Part shown: positions 1 to 8,556 of the stretch, in pieces
How the letters are laid out: each line of letters starts with the position of its first letter
Numbering within the stretch: position 1 is the first letter of the stretch
Origin: a virus
DNA length: 54,041 nt
Strand: one strand, 5' to 3'
Virus record (IMG/VR): IMGVR_UViG_3300025168_000117
The notes under the pieces: model-generated
Told to the model about the DNA's origin: nothing
Database searches by the model: none
What the model saw: only the letters and a program-made list of their open reading frames with translations
Position numbers and translations under genes: made by a program

Positions 1-98
1 AGCTCCTAAACTCATTATGCCATTGCCAATCCTGCAGCAAATCCAAAGTAGGTTGTGCCACCATCAAAAGTTGTAAAGGTTAAAATATCTATCCCAGA
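1..98. repeat. 98-bp terminal direct repeat (copy 1), identical to 53944..54041
   Basis: Read directly: bases 1-98 (agctcctaaactcattatgcc...atatctatcccaga) recur exactly as the last 98 bases. The unique length is therefore 53,943 bp and the contig closes into a circle (assembly overlap or short terminal redundancy). Confidence 0.95.
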
Positions 99-1412
99 AG
101 TAGTTAATGTAGGAGCACTTCCTCCTGCCCATTTAGCAGAGTTTCCACCAGCACCATTTGCTCCTGCTTTAAATGTAAGTGTACCAGCACCACCATTTGT
201 AATAATAAGAGTTATAGAATTAGATTGACTTGCTAATGAATTTGTAATTCCTACATTAAAAGTGCCACTACCTACAGTAAAAGATTGAACATTACCATTA
301 TCTAAATCTAAATCAAAAGCTCCTGTTTTAGAACCATTAGCATAAACAGTTTCAGCATAATCTTTTAGTTGTTTATTAACTAAAGTCTGAATAGCAGTTG
401 TCCCAGCTATTTCTTGGTTGCCCCCAGCAGGAAGAGTTAGTTCATTTGTCACACTAGCTGAATGTGGTTGAGATTTAACTGTTTGGCCATGACTGTTGCT
501 TTCACAATTAAATATTACTGTTCCTGGATTTGTGTTACCTTTAACAATAACCTTTCCTGTTCCATTTGGAGCAAGTTCAATAGCACCATTTGCAGCATCT
601 ACAATTTTAATGCTACCTGAATTTGTCCCACCATTAGTGTCCAATTCAAGGTCATAAGCTCCTTTAGAAGTAATTTTTCCAGAAGCACCACCATTACCTA
701 TTGAAACTTCTCCAGAGCCATTTGGCTCTAGCTCTATATTTTGATTTGCAGCATCTACAATCCTAATTTTACCAGAGTTAGTTCCAGAGTTAGTTTCTAA
801 TAATAAATCATAAGCTCCATTTGAAGATAAAACTCCATCTTCAGAACCACCTCCTAGATAAATAAGATCAGACTCTAATTGAATATTTCCATTACCATTA
901 GGAGTTATATCTATATCTCCATTTGTGTCTGTACTTGAAATTGTATTGCCACTAAAAGCAAGATTGCCAAAAGCAAGTTTATCTGTAATAGAGACAACTT
1001 CATCACTTCCATCACAATAAACAATATTTGTTTTACCATTAGCGATTGTTACTTTTGCTGCACCACTACCTTGAGACATAAGAATGCTATATCCACCTGA
1101 AGTAGCATTCTCAATTAAAAAATATGCTGTTGTAGTTGCTGGTGCGATGGTTATCGTACAATTTTGACTTAATGTTCCTGTAAATTTAATTACACGATAC
1201 ATACCATCTTGAACATTACTAGATCCAGAAGAAGGAGATGCTGCTCTAACTGTTAATGTTGCAGTAGAAGCATCAGAAAGAGCTACAGATTTATATGCTG
1301 TTATCCTATCTATTATACCCCAATTAAAATTTGTTGTGTTTCCCCAAGTTCCAGACTGGTCGCCTGTTGCCATCTCTTCGATGCCGAAATTTGTTGAATA
1401 TGTACTTGCCAT
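15..1412 (-). CDS. Tail fibre / spike-like structural protein with tandem internal repeats (465 aa)
   Basis: Track ORF, rich in Gly/Asn/Thr/Ser. It has two tandem ~44-aa repeats (NGAYDLLLETNSGTNSGKIRIVDAANQNIELEPNGSGEV / KGAYDLELDTNGGTNSGSIKIVDAANGAIELAPNGTGKV) and a degenerate third (DIDITPNGNGNIQLE). Its stop overlaps, as TAATG across the circular junction, the start of the 861-aa fibre ORF. Confidence 0.5.
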   Translation of the reverse strand: MASTYSTNFGIEEMATGDQSGTWGNTTNFNWGIIDRITAYKSVALSDASTATLTVRAASPSSGSSNVQDGMYRVIKFTGTLSQNCTITIAPATTTAYFLIENATSGGYSILMSQGSGAAKVTIANGKTNIVYCDGSDEVVSITDKLAFGNLAFSGNTISSTDTNGDIDITPNGNGNIQLESDLIYLGGGSEDGVLSSNGAYDLLLETNSGTNSGKIRIVDAANQNIELEPNGSGEVSIGNGGASGKITSKGAYDLELDTNGGTNSGSIKIVDAANGAIELAPNGTGKVIVKGNTNPGTVIFNCESNSHGQTVKSQPHSASVTNELTLPAGGNQEIAGTTAIQTLVNKQLKDYAETVYANGSKTGAFDLDLDNGNVQSFTVGSGTFNVGITNSLASQSNSITLIITNGGAGTLTFKAGANGAGGNSAKWAGGSAPTLTTSGIDILTFTTFDGGTTYFGFAAGLAMA

Positions 1413-1413
1413 T

Positions 1414-1830
1414 TTAATCTATCCTTATTATTGCTGTTGTCCCTGGAGCTGGGAATACAATAGTAAAAGTTCCACCTGCTACTGTGAAATCACCACCAAA
1501 TGCTAAAACAGCAATTGCTTTATTACTATTTGTTGCATTGTATATTAATGCACCATTCGCTGTAAATGATGCTGAACTCCAAGCTGGATTATCAGAATCA
1601 AAATATGCTACTGTCCCTGATGTAGATACGACTTTGTTGACTAAAGTATACCCAGCAGCAGTATATCCTGCTCCTGACACTTCATTAGATGTGCTATATG
1701 CTGTTGTTGCTGCACCCAAAGATGCTGAACTTGTATACAAAGCAATTTTTATAGTATCTGCAACTAAATCGTGTTGCTCATCTAAACACTCTGCTTTAAA
1801 ACTTGTACACATTGCTTGTGATATGGCCAT
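1414..1830 (-). CDS. Virion-module protein of unknown function (138 aa)
   Basis: Track ORF with Ala/Thr/Ser/Gly-rich beta-type composition. It is tightly packed between structural ORFs with 1-nt spacing or overlap, which suggests operon coupling. Confidence 0.7.
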   Translation of the reverse strand: MAISQAMCTSFKAECLDEQHDLVADTIKIALYTSSASLGAATTAYSTSNEVSGAGYTAAGYTLVNKVVSTSGTVAYFDSDNPAWSSASFTANGALIYNATNSNKAIAVLAFGGDFTVAGGTFTIVFPAPGTTAIIRID

Positions 1831-2453
1831 TATATTCCTCCGTTGTATTCTGCTGCATAAATACGTTTCATCTCTTCTTGAAGCATCGCAATCGCTTCGT
1901 CGAACTGAGTTTTATATAAAGATAACGTTTCTGGTGCTTTTAGGAAAGCACTAGCTTCATATAAACAACCACTTAATAAAACATTAACAGCATTGTTACT
2001 AATCCAAGTTGTTGTATTCACTGAAGATAAACCAGTTTCAGGTGCTATGTAGTCTACAGTGAAAGGATAGACTGCATCTGGCGTTGGTGCCATGGTTATG
2101 ACTGTTCCTAACACTGATGCTGAATTTGTACTGTAAAATTCAGGTTGGTCTTCTAGTGCTGAATTTGGCCAGTAATCTTTTAAATAAGAATCTATTCTAT
2201 GGTTCAAATATACGACATTGCTAGAAGATGTTATTGCAAGTTGCCTTATCATTCTTGCAGTTGCAATAGTGTAAGAAGATGTTCCTTTAACTGTGTTGCT
2301 AGAAGATGAACCTCTATAACAAGGAAGATTTGGTGCTCTCTGAAATATCATTTCTTCTACTTGTGCAATAATTGCATCTATAGATCCTGCAAATTCAGTG
2401 CTGTCATCTTCAACGAAATTTTTAATTTGTGTTACTAATTCACTATAATTCAT
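1830..2453 (-). CDS. Virion-module protein of unknown function (207 aa)
   Basis: Track ORF that abuts neighbouring structural ORFs on the same strand. No motif recognised. Confidence 0.7.
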   Translation of the reverse strand: MNYSELVTQIKNFVEDDSTEFAGSIDAIIAQVEEMIFQRAPNLPCYRGSSSSNTVKGTSSYTIATARMIRQLAITSSSNVVYLNHRIDSYLKDYWPNSALEDQPEFYSTNSASVLGTVITMAPTPDAVYPFTVDYIAPETGLSSVNTTTWISNNAVNVLLSGCLYEASAFLKAPETLSLYKTQFDEAIAMLQEEMKRIYAAEYNGGI

Positions 2454-3323
2454 TTATTGCCCCCATGTATCATCACCCCAAGACTCATCACCCCAAGAAG
2501 TTGTAGCTATTGTTACAGAAGCTGTTCCTATTTCACCTTCTCCTTCAACTCCTGTTGCATTAATTGTATGACCAAGGAAAACTTGTTCCGTTCCTATTGC
2601 ACCTGTTGCATTAACTCCAATAACATCAACATCTGGTGCTGGATTGCTTATTCCCCAAGCACCATTCCCCCAAGGACCAATTCCCCATCGGTTGTGGTCT
2701 GGGTTTGGTACTGCTGACCCTATTGCACCTGTTGCATTAACTCCTGTCTCTGTTATACTTAAATTAGGACCATCACTTTCTCCATATGTTCCGATAGTTC
2801 CTGTTCCTGCTACACCTGTTACAACTTGCTCTGTTGTAAATCCTGGAAGAATTCCTATTTTACCTTCACCTTTAACTCCAATTTCTGTTATAGAAAGTTC
2901 TATATAATATTCAGCTGGTGTAAATGCAACTTGAGTAACAACTCTAATTCCTGTTGGGAAAACCTCTTGAGAGAAATCTATAAAAACAGAGCCTATTGCA
3001 CTGTGCCCTGTTGGGAAAAGAGGTTTTCTATATTGCGTAGAGTCTAAAGTTTGAGGGACATCAGAGTGAGATAAATTATTATCAAACCAACCATATTGCA
3101 AATTTATTACAATATTAGTAGGATCATTGTCTGGTCTTGGCTGGAAAAGAGCTACAGCATCAATAACATTTTTAGAAGGTTTTAACTGTGGTTGCTTTGG
3201 TTCGTATTCTTCTGGTTCAACCCGAAGATGATTCCATTCAGTTTTTAAATTCCTATATTTAAGTCGGAATCCACTTCTGTCTGATATTGCTAGTGCTCTT
3301 TTTCCTGTTGCGAATCTTGTCAT
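2454..3323 (-). CDS. Tail-associated repeat protein (289 aa)
   Basis: Track ORF with five copies of a (T/I)GVxxxGxIG(T/S) peptide repeat. A 26-bp perfect direct DNA repeat lies at 2593..2618 and 2719..2744. There are two W-G clusters (RWGIGPWGNGAWG; SWGDESWGDDTWGQ at the C-terminus). Confidence 0.5.
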   Translation of the reverse strand: MTRFATGKRALAISDRSGFRLKYRNLKTEWNHLRVEPEEYEPKQPQLKPSKNVIDAVALFQPRPDNDPTNIVINLQYGWFDNNLSHSDVPQTLDSTQYRKPLFPTGHSAIGSVFIDFSQEVFPTGIRVVTQVAFTPAEYYIELSITEIGVKGEGKIGILPGFTTEQVVTGVAGTGTIGTYGESDGPNLSITETGVNATGAIGSAVPNPDHNRWGIGPWGNGAWGISNPAPDVDVIGVNATGAIGTEQVFLGHTINATGVEGEGEIGTASVTIATTSWGDESWGDDTWGQ

Positions 3324-3324
3324 A

Positions 3325-4005
3325 TCAATACAAATTCAATCCTGTTGGTCTAATTCTTATTGAAACATTTGGTCCTTCTTCTGCAGAAGCAAATCCAAAT
3401 GCTCTTTCATAAAGCTCATATAATCCTGCAGCACGATCTGGTGCAAATTTAAGAGCTAATTTTGCAGCTAATCCTGCACACATACAATCATTCCACCTAT
3501 AAGGAACATCTGCATCTTGATTAGATTTTGTCACATCTTGAACTTGAAAAACTCCATAATATTGTAATGTGTCGACAGCATTGTCTGGAACTGGCCAAAG
3601 TTTAATTTTCGGAGTATATTGACGATCCATCATATATTGAGAAGCAACTCCACTAGTTGTTTTAGTAGGAAGTGAATTGTAATCCTGAATTGCGACTCTA
3701 TTAATTTCTTGGTCAGTGCTCTCTGTTCCAGAAACTCTTCTGTAAACTATACTAACAATATCAACAAGACCATGATCCAAAGTATATTCAATTTGGTCTT
3801 TAACTAAAGTTACAGTTTTTAATTCAACTCTCCAATAGTTCCAACCACGATTAGCCCATTCAGAAAAAAGCAGATTCAAACTTCTCCTTGCTGAATCTGC
3901 TTTATACCCTGTTTGTGTTTGAGGATCTATTCCACATCTCTCTAGAGCTTCAGAAATAATTTCCTCAATATCTGGTCTATAAGTTACTGTTCCTGATGTT
4001 GCCAC
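3325..4005 (-). CDS. Putative head-tail adaptor / tail-proximal structural protein (226 aa)
   Basis: Track ORF. The pattern (EEIISEALERCGIDP...LNLLFSEWANRGWNYWR...LWPVPD...DVPYRW...GLAAKLALKFAPDR) resembles podovirus adaptor-type proteins by eye; not searched. Confidence 0.4.
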   Translation of the reverse strand: MATSGTVTYRPDIEEIISEALERCGIDPQTQTGYKADSARRSLNLLFSEWANRGWNYWRVELKTVTLVKDQIEYTLDHGLVDIVSIVYRRVSGTESTDQEINRVAIQDYNSLPTKTTSGVASQYMMDRQYTPKIKLWPVPDNAVDTLQYYGVFQVQDVTKSNQDADVPYRWNDCMCAGLAAKLALKFAPDRAAGLYELYERAFGFASAEEGPNVSIRIRPTGLNLY

Positions 4006-4427
4006 TAATACACCTTTTTCATTCTTAATGCTATCTGATAAGAGTCTGAAACTGCACCAGCACCTGTTGTTGTAAATTTTATAACACCAGTAGGACCAGT
4101 TCCTCCAGAACTTATAGTTGATGGCAATCCACCAAAAAGACTATAATCTTGGTAACTACCATTAACATCAGTAAGATTTAATAAAATAGGTTTTGCTCCA
4201 GATGCAACACCTGCTTCAATTTCAACAGTCATCCCTGCAATAACCCACCATGCTTCTACAATTCTTAATGCAGTGCAAGTTGTCCCATTTGAACTTTTTG
4301 CTAGATTTGCTGGTGTAACTTTCACAACACTTGCTTCATTACCAGTATCAACATATTGATAGCTAAAAGTCATGACAACTTCGTTTACATTATCGTCTAT
4401 TGTGCTAATTTTAACTAGATCTGCCAT
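4005..4427 (-). CDS. Virion-module protein of unknown function (140 aa)
   Basis: Track ORF with beta-rich composition. Its stop is coupled to the start of the downstream ORF at 4005. Confidence 0.7.
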   Translation of the reverse strand: MADLVKISTIDDNVNEVVMTFSYQYVDTGNEASVVKVTPANLAKSSNGTTCTALRIVEAWWVIAGMTVEIEAGVASGAKPILLNLTDVNGSYQDYSLFGGLPSTISSGGTGPTGVIKFTTTGAGAVSDSYQIALRMKKVY

Positions 4428-4448
4428 TAACTTTACTCCCTAATTAAA

Positions 4449-5021
4449 TTATACTGTTGACCATGCAGCTGCACCTGTTAAAGCTGCGAAATCTTTAGCA
4501 AGGTCAAAATTAACATTCCATAAACCTGCTTCTGTGCAACTGAAATATATATAAGAGCCGATACTTACATGATTCGTTACTACATTTGCTGGAGTAATTG
4601 TCAATGTATTGTTTAATGCTACTGATGTAACGAAAGTTAATTTATTTGCTGCTCTAGATTCAAAAACAGAACCTGTTCTAAAGACATCACTTCCTGATGT
4701 TTTAAATTTTAATGTAGCTGTTCCACCTGTAGTGTCAACAGCTTGTGCATAAACAACCCAAGTATTAACTAAAGTTTTATCATCGCTAACTGATGGAAGA
4801 GTTACTGTACATGCAGCTGCACCTGTAAAATCAACAGCATTAACTGTATTACGAGTAAAACTAATATTTGTTGCTGTTGCAACTGATGCTGCTGTTAGTC
4901 CTGTAAAATCAGGTTTTGTTCCTAGGTAATTTTTAGTTTCTATTCCTGTTGTTGGATTTGTAGTCAAAGTTATAAACCCATGTTGGGATCTAACTGGACC
5001 ATTAAAAGTAGTATTCGCCAT
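4449..5021 (-). CDS. Structural-module protein of unknown role (190 aa), start moved to MANTTF
   Basis: Track ORF 4449..5039. The ATG at 5021 is preceded by AGAAGGAA, 7 nt upstream, matching the genome-wide SD. The composition is Thr/Ala/Val/Asn-rich beta type. The gene has its own upstream promoter-like site and a structured leader. Confidence 0.65.
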   Translation of the reverse strand: MANTTFNGPVRSQHGFITLTTNPTTGIETKNYLGTKPDFTGLTAASVATATNISFTRNTVNAVDFTGAAACTVTLPSVSDDKTLVNTWVVYAQAVDTTGGTATLKFKTSGSDVFRTGSVFESRAANKLTFVTSVALNNTLTITPANVVTNHVSIGSYIYFSCTEAGLWNVNFDLAKDFAALTGAAAWSTV

Positions 5022-5051
5022 AATATCATTCCTTCTCAAAAAAGTTTTTCA

Positions 5052-5093
5052 CTCTAAAGTCTTTCTGAGAGTCTGCTGGGGCAGTCTTTAGAG
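5052..5093 (-). other. Compound stem-loop in the 813-aa / 190-aa intergenic region
   Basis: Outer arms are ctctaaag (5052..5059) and ctttagag (5086..5093). They enclose an inner GC stem ctgc-tggg-gcag (5073..5084). The element is GC-richer than its surroundings and lies between promoter-like site 5115..5144 and the SD of the 190-aa gene. Confidence 0.4.
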
Positions 5094-5114
5094 CATTATT
5101 CCCAGATCTCTTTA

Positions 5115-5144
5115 ATTATTACTTGAAAACTGTTTAAAAGTAAA
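5115..5144 (-). promoter_or_regulatory. Candidate sigma70-type promoter (TTTACT-N18-AATAAT)
   Basis: On the minus strand the -35 TTTACT is at 5139..5144 and the -10 AATAAT at 5115..5120 (or TAATAA with a 17-bp spacer). The -35 hexamer is the same as in the four strong promoter copies. Chance matches are plausible in AT-rich DNA. Confidence 0.3.
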
Positions 5145-5147
5145 TGT

Positions 5148-7589
5148 TTAATTCCTGAATATGCCTTCCTGTGTAATCTTATCTCTTAGTTCTGGTGTCA
5201 TTTCTATACTGTCACCACGAGCAAATTCTTTTTTTATTACACCTGAATCTTCTAATATTTTAAGTTTATCTTTAGGAAGATTTTTATAAGCTTTCTCAAG
5301 AGCTAAAGCAAAAGCATCAGAATAATTATTAAGAACATCGGTAAATGTAGCTGTTGAATATGTTCCGGAAATAGGTAAATCTTTTCTTACAAGTTCCTCC
5401 AGTTTATTTAATTCTCCTCCGTCTGCAAATGATTTCTCCAATGCAGTTCTGGTTGCTGAGAAATCAACAGCTCTGTAAATGTCTAAGATTGTTTCAACTG
5501 CTTTTTCAGATTCTGGTTTAACTCTTACAATTTCAGAACTAAATTCTTCTAATTGATTTAAAAATTCATCTCCGAAGCCATTTTTCTGTGCAGTTCTATA
5601 ATTATCTAACATGTTAGGAATACTAACATTGTTTTGACCCCATTGATACTGAAATGCATTATTTTGATAAACATAATTATCAACACCATTTATTAATGAA
5701 AGAGCTCTTCCACCAGGAACACCATCTCGATTTCTCATAATTACAGGACCTAAAGGATCATCAGTCCAATTAGTCCTAACAACATTGCCTTCTGTCCCAT
5801 AAATATCTAGTAAATTATAAAAAGGATCATCACCACTTTTTCTAGAGTAAGTAAATTTTTCATTTTTTGTAATTGGGATTTTCATCTTGTTTAAAACTTT
5901 AGGTATTGTTTTTGCATAAAGACTTTTTAACATAGTTACAGTTGTTTCTCCTGCTCGTCCCCATCTAGTTACAAGGTCTTTTTCTTGAGGAAGAATAACT
6001 CTCTCTATATTTGGATTATTAGCAGCATCATCTAAAATTTTAGAAAATTCTTCTTGAACCCAAGGCTCTGGTTTATTAGGATCATTCAAAGGAGTTTTAT
6101 AAGGAGCTTCTCTAATATTTATATCTTTCATGCCTGTTTCTGGATTAGGTGTAAACGATTCTCCAGGATCTATATCACCCATCTTTTTTGCAAAATCATC
6201 AAAGCCAGTAAATTTTTTGTTTTGTAAAACATTACCAAAAGCATCTACCTCTATCAGATTATTATATAATTGCTTTGTAAGAATAAATCCTTTAGTATTA
6301 AGTTCACCTTCAATTATTTTCCAATTTTTAGGATTTGCTAATTTCCATTTCTCAAAACTTTTAGAATCAAAAGTAGGGTGATTGACTATTAAATTGAATT
6401 TCTCTTTTGGCATCCCTTGCCCAGCCACAATGTCAGCACCTCTTGGCATAACACTATCACCACCATTAGCTATTTTGTCTAGATGGATGTAATCCCATAA
6501 TTTTTTAGTAGCAATCATCCAATTGTCGTTTTTTTCAGTGCCTTTGTGTCCTGTTGTTGCTATTGCTGCTTGTGCATCATTTTGAGATTCTAATACATTA
6601 AGATTTGGTCCATCAATTTTAAATATCGTGTGAGCAATAACTCCTTTGGAATTTTCACCCTTAACATTGCTATCAAGGTGCAATTCAGAATCTTTGGTAC
6701 TAAGCTTTGCATTGTGTTCTGTTTTTTTGTTTAGAACTTTCTCTGGTGTATATTTAGTTATGCTTATCTCTCCATCTCCATGGGGATTAGGTATTGTCTT
6801 TGTTTCAATATCATCCATCCAAGTGTTGTTTTGAATATCATCTAAAACTTTTTCGGAGTTTTGAATTTCATTAACAGGATAGTCAATTTCTTCAAGATGT
6901 TCTCTTATAGCTCTCCATTGATTTGGACCAACACCACCAGGATTTTTGCCATCCATCTCCAGTCTTTTTAAAACTTGATTTGCTGAATATTTAAGTGGTT
7001 CTCCTCTTGCAGAAATAGGAAGTTTTTTTAAATATTCTAATGCTTTGCTTATTGTAATTCCTTCAGCACTCGTTGGAGTTCCTGCGAGACCACCACCAGC
7101 TAAAATAACTTGTAATGGTTTAGAAATTTGATTAACACCAAATGCTGACAATGCAACTTGTAATGGATTTTCATCATATATTCCTTCTACTATATCTAAA
7201 CCAGCAGCAATTGGTGCTGCACCAGTAAAATAGAAAGGAAGTGTTTTCATATAATAAGGAGTTTCTACAAGAGAAGTGTAATTTGCAGGATTAGGATCTT
7301 GTTTGAAGTCCTCATAAGGAACATTCCTTTCCATGGTCAATTCACCAAGCATCCCTAGTTTAGGATTAATTTGAAAATTAACCATCTTAGTAGTATTGCC
7401 AGGACCAATCCCTGTCATCGGATCAATTTCCATAGGATAATCATATGGACCATCATATTGAAATGGTTGTCCCATGTTGTTCCAAGCTATTTTTTCTTCA
7501 TCAGTTGGGTAATATTTGTTGAAAATTTCTTGCTGCTCTAAAGGAAGAGCATTAAACCAGTTTAAGTTTGATTTTTCTATTTCTGCCAT
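5148..7589 (-). CDS. Large protein of unknown function (813 aa) immediately downstream of the capsid gene
   Basis: Track ORF with no catalytic or structural motif recognised. It is placed between the major capsid gene and the tail genes. Confidence 0.75.
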   Translation of the reverse strand: MAEIEKSNLNWFNALPLEQQEIFNKYYPTDEEKIAWNNMGQPFQYDGPYDYPMEIDPMTGIGPGNTTKMVNFQINPKLGMLGELTMERNVPYEDFKQDPNPANYTSLVETPYYMKTLPFYFTGAAPIAAGLDIVEGIYDENPLQVALSAFGVNQISKPLQVILAGGGLAGTPTSAEGITISKALEYLKKLPISARGEPLKYSANQVLKRLEMDGKNPGGVGPNQWRAIREHLEEIDYPVNEIQNSEKVLDDIQNNTWMDDIETKTIPNPHGDGEISITKYTPEKVLNKKTEHNAKLSTKDSELHLDSNVKGENSKGVIAHTIFKIDGPNLNVLESQNDAQAAIATTGHKGTEKNDNWMIATKKLWDYIHLDKIANGGDSVMPRGADIVAGQGMPKEKFNLIVNHPTFDSKSFEKWKLANPKNWKIIEGELNTKGFILTKQLYNNLIEVDAFGNVLQNKKFTGFDDFAKKMGDIDPGESFTPNPETGMKDINIREAPYKTPLNDPNKPEPWVQEEFSKILDDAANNPNIERVILPQEKDLVTRWGRAGETTVTMLKSLYAKTIPKVLNKMKIPITKNEKFTYSRKSGDDPFYNLLDIYGTEGNVVRTNWTDDPLGPVIMRNRDGVPGGRALSLINGVDNYVYQNNAFQYQWGQNNVSIPNMLDNYRTAQKNGFGDEFLNQLEEFSSEIVRVKPESEKAVETILDIYRAVDFSATRTALEKSFADGGELNKLEELVRKDLPISGTYSTATFTDVLNNYSDAFALALEKAYKNLPKDKLKILEDSGVIKKEFARGDSIEMTPELRDKITQEGIFRN

Positions 7590-7597
7590 GATAGATT

Positions 7598-7631
7598 AAT
7601 CAAGGGAGCGATTAAACTCCCTTGATTTTTT
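7598..7631. terminator. Perfect 11-bp-stem hairpin between the capsid gene and the 813-aa gene
   Basis: The arms aatcaagggag (7598..7608) and ctcccttgatt (7617..7627) flank an 8-nt loop. A T6 run (7626..7631) follows on the plus strand only. On the coding (minus) strand the hairpin follows the capsid stop without a U-tract. Confidence 0.55.
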
Positions 7632-7635
7632 ACTA

Positions 7636-8544
7636 CTATGTTTGACCTTCAGAGCCAAAAATTCCACGCCAGTCAGTCCATCCGAATGAATAACGTTCGC
7701 GAACTTTATAGCGAACATTACCTGTTTCGAAATCACCTTCCATACCTTTTCTTAAAGGTGTACGAGTGAACATTTTTAAACCATCAGGAACATCAGTTTT
7801 AACAAACCACTGGTCAGAATCAGTTAAACGACGCATCACATGATATCCATCAGGTAAATAACCACCTTTGTTGATAGCATTGATATCGTTGTCAGCTGTT
7901 CCAACTCTGCCTGTAGATTCTAACAGCCTTTGTGCTTGGAATACATAAGCAGTTGGAATGACAAGAGTTGTGCCTTGTGCTGCGACACGCAAGCCACGAT
8001 TGTCTTTCATATCTGCAATAGCAATTAAAACTGATTCTAAAGAAGTTTCAGTTAAATCTGCTGCTGTTGCTAATGTATTACTTTGGTCACCATTATTAGT
8101 TGGATGGTCAGTAGCTAAAAGTGTTTTACCATCTCCACCTGTGTAACCTGCTGTTGTTGCAAAGTTTAAGATATTAGCAGCTTTTATTTCTTTAGTAGAA
8201 TTTATTGAACGTGCTAATGCCTTTGTGTAACGTGAAGCAAGAGAACCATATTGACCATCTTCTTCTGCTTCTTCAGTAATTGCGAAAGCTAATGCAATTG
8301 TTTGGTGCTGATAACGTGCTGTCCATTGTTGACTTGCATTATCATAAGAAATTGCTGAACCTTCGTTTTTCACTGGTGCGTTACCAAAACCTTCTAAAAG
8401 AACATCTTCTTCGAAAGCTTTGTTAGAAGAATTAGAAGCAAAAACTGCTTTCCATTCTTCTGGATATTGTGCGTACTCAAGACCGAAAAGAGCATTTAGT
8501 CCAGGCTCGAGCAGTTTCGCAAATTGGGCTCTATGTAGTGACAT
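7636..8544 (-). CDS. Major capsid protein (302 aa)
   Basis: Track ORF. The N-terminal FAKLLEPGLNALFGLEYAQYPEEWKAVF...AFEEDV...GFGNAPVKNEG and overall pattern resemble HK97-fold major head subunits of the Mu gpT-like type (by eye). It sits downstream of a scaffold-like gene and is followed by a strong hairpin. Confidence 0.75.
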   Translation of the reverse strand: MSLHRAQFAKLLEPGLNALFGLEYAQYPEEWKAVFASNSSNKAFEEDVLLEGFGNAPVKNEGSAISYDNASQQWTARYQHQTIALAFAITEEAEEDGQYGSLASRYTKALARSINSTKEIKAANILNFATTAGYTGGDGKTLLATDHPTNNGDQSNTLATAADLTETSLESVLIAIADMKDNRGLRVAAQGTTLVIPTAYVFQAQRLLESTGRVGTADNDINAINKGGYLPDGYHVMRRLTDSDQWFVKTDVPDGLKMFTRTPLRKGMEGDFETGNVRYKVRERYSFGWTDWRGIFGSEGQT

Positions 8545-8556
8545 ATTACTCTCCTA

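Noticed and set aside
1-98. Interpreting the 98-bp end repeat as a biological direct terminal repeat (T7-like DTR).
   Set aside because: The repeat boundary falls inside coding sequence, at the overlapping stop/start of two fibre genes. No noncoding terminal region exists. A circular-assembly overlap is the simpler explanation, though only read-level data can decide.
1484-1954. Long plus-strand ORFs lying antisense to minus-strand structural genes. Examples are 1484..1954, 2457..3047, 8420..8827, 12058..12711, 21097..21607, 40642..41292, 45712..46182 and 49950..50548.
   Set aside because: Each lies wholly inside a longer opposite-strand ORF with recognisable protein character. Their translations are Leu/Phe/Ser/Cys-rich and low-complexity, as expected for antisense frames of AT-rich coding DNA. 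No SD precedes them.
7598-7631. Calling the post-capsid hairpin a canonical intrinsic terminator of the late (minus-strand) transcript.
   Set aside because: The U-tract is on the wrong strand. On the coding strand the stem is followed by AATCTATCATG. It is therefore reported as a strand-ambiguous hairpin.
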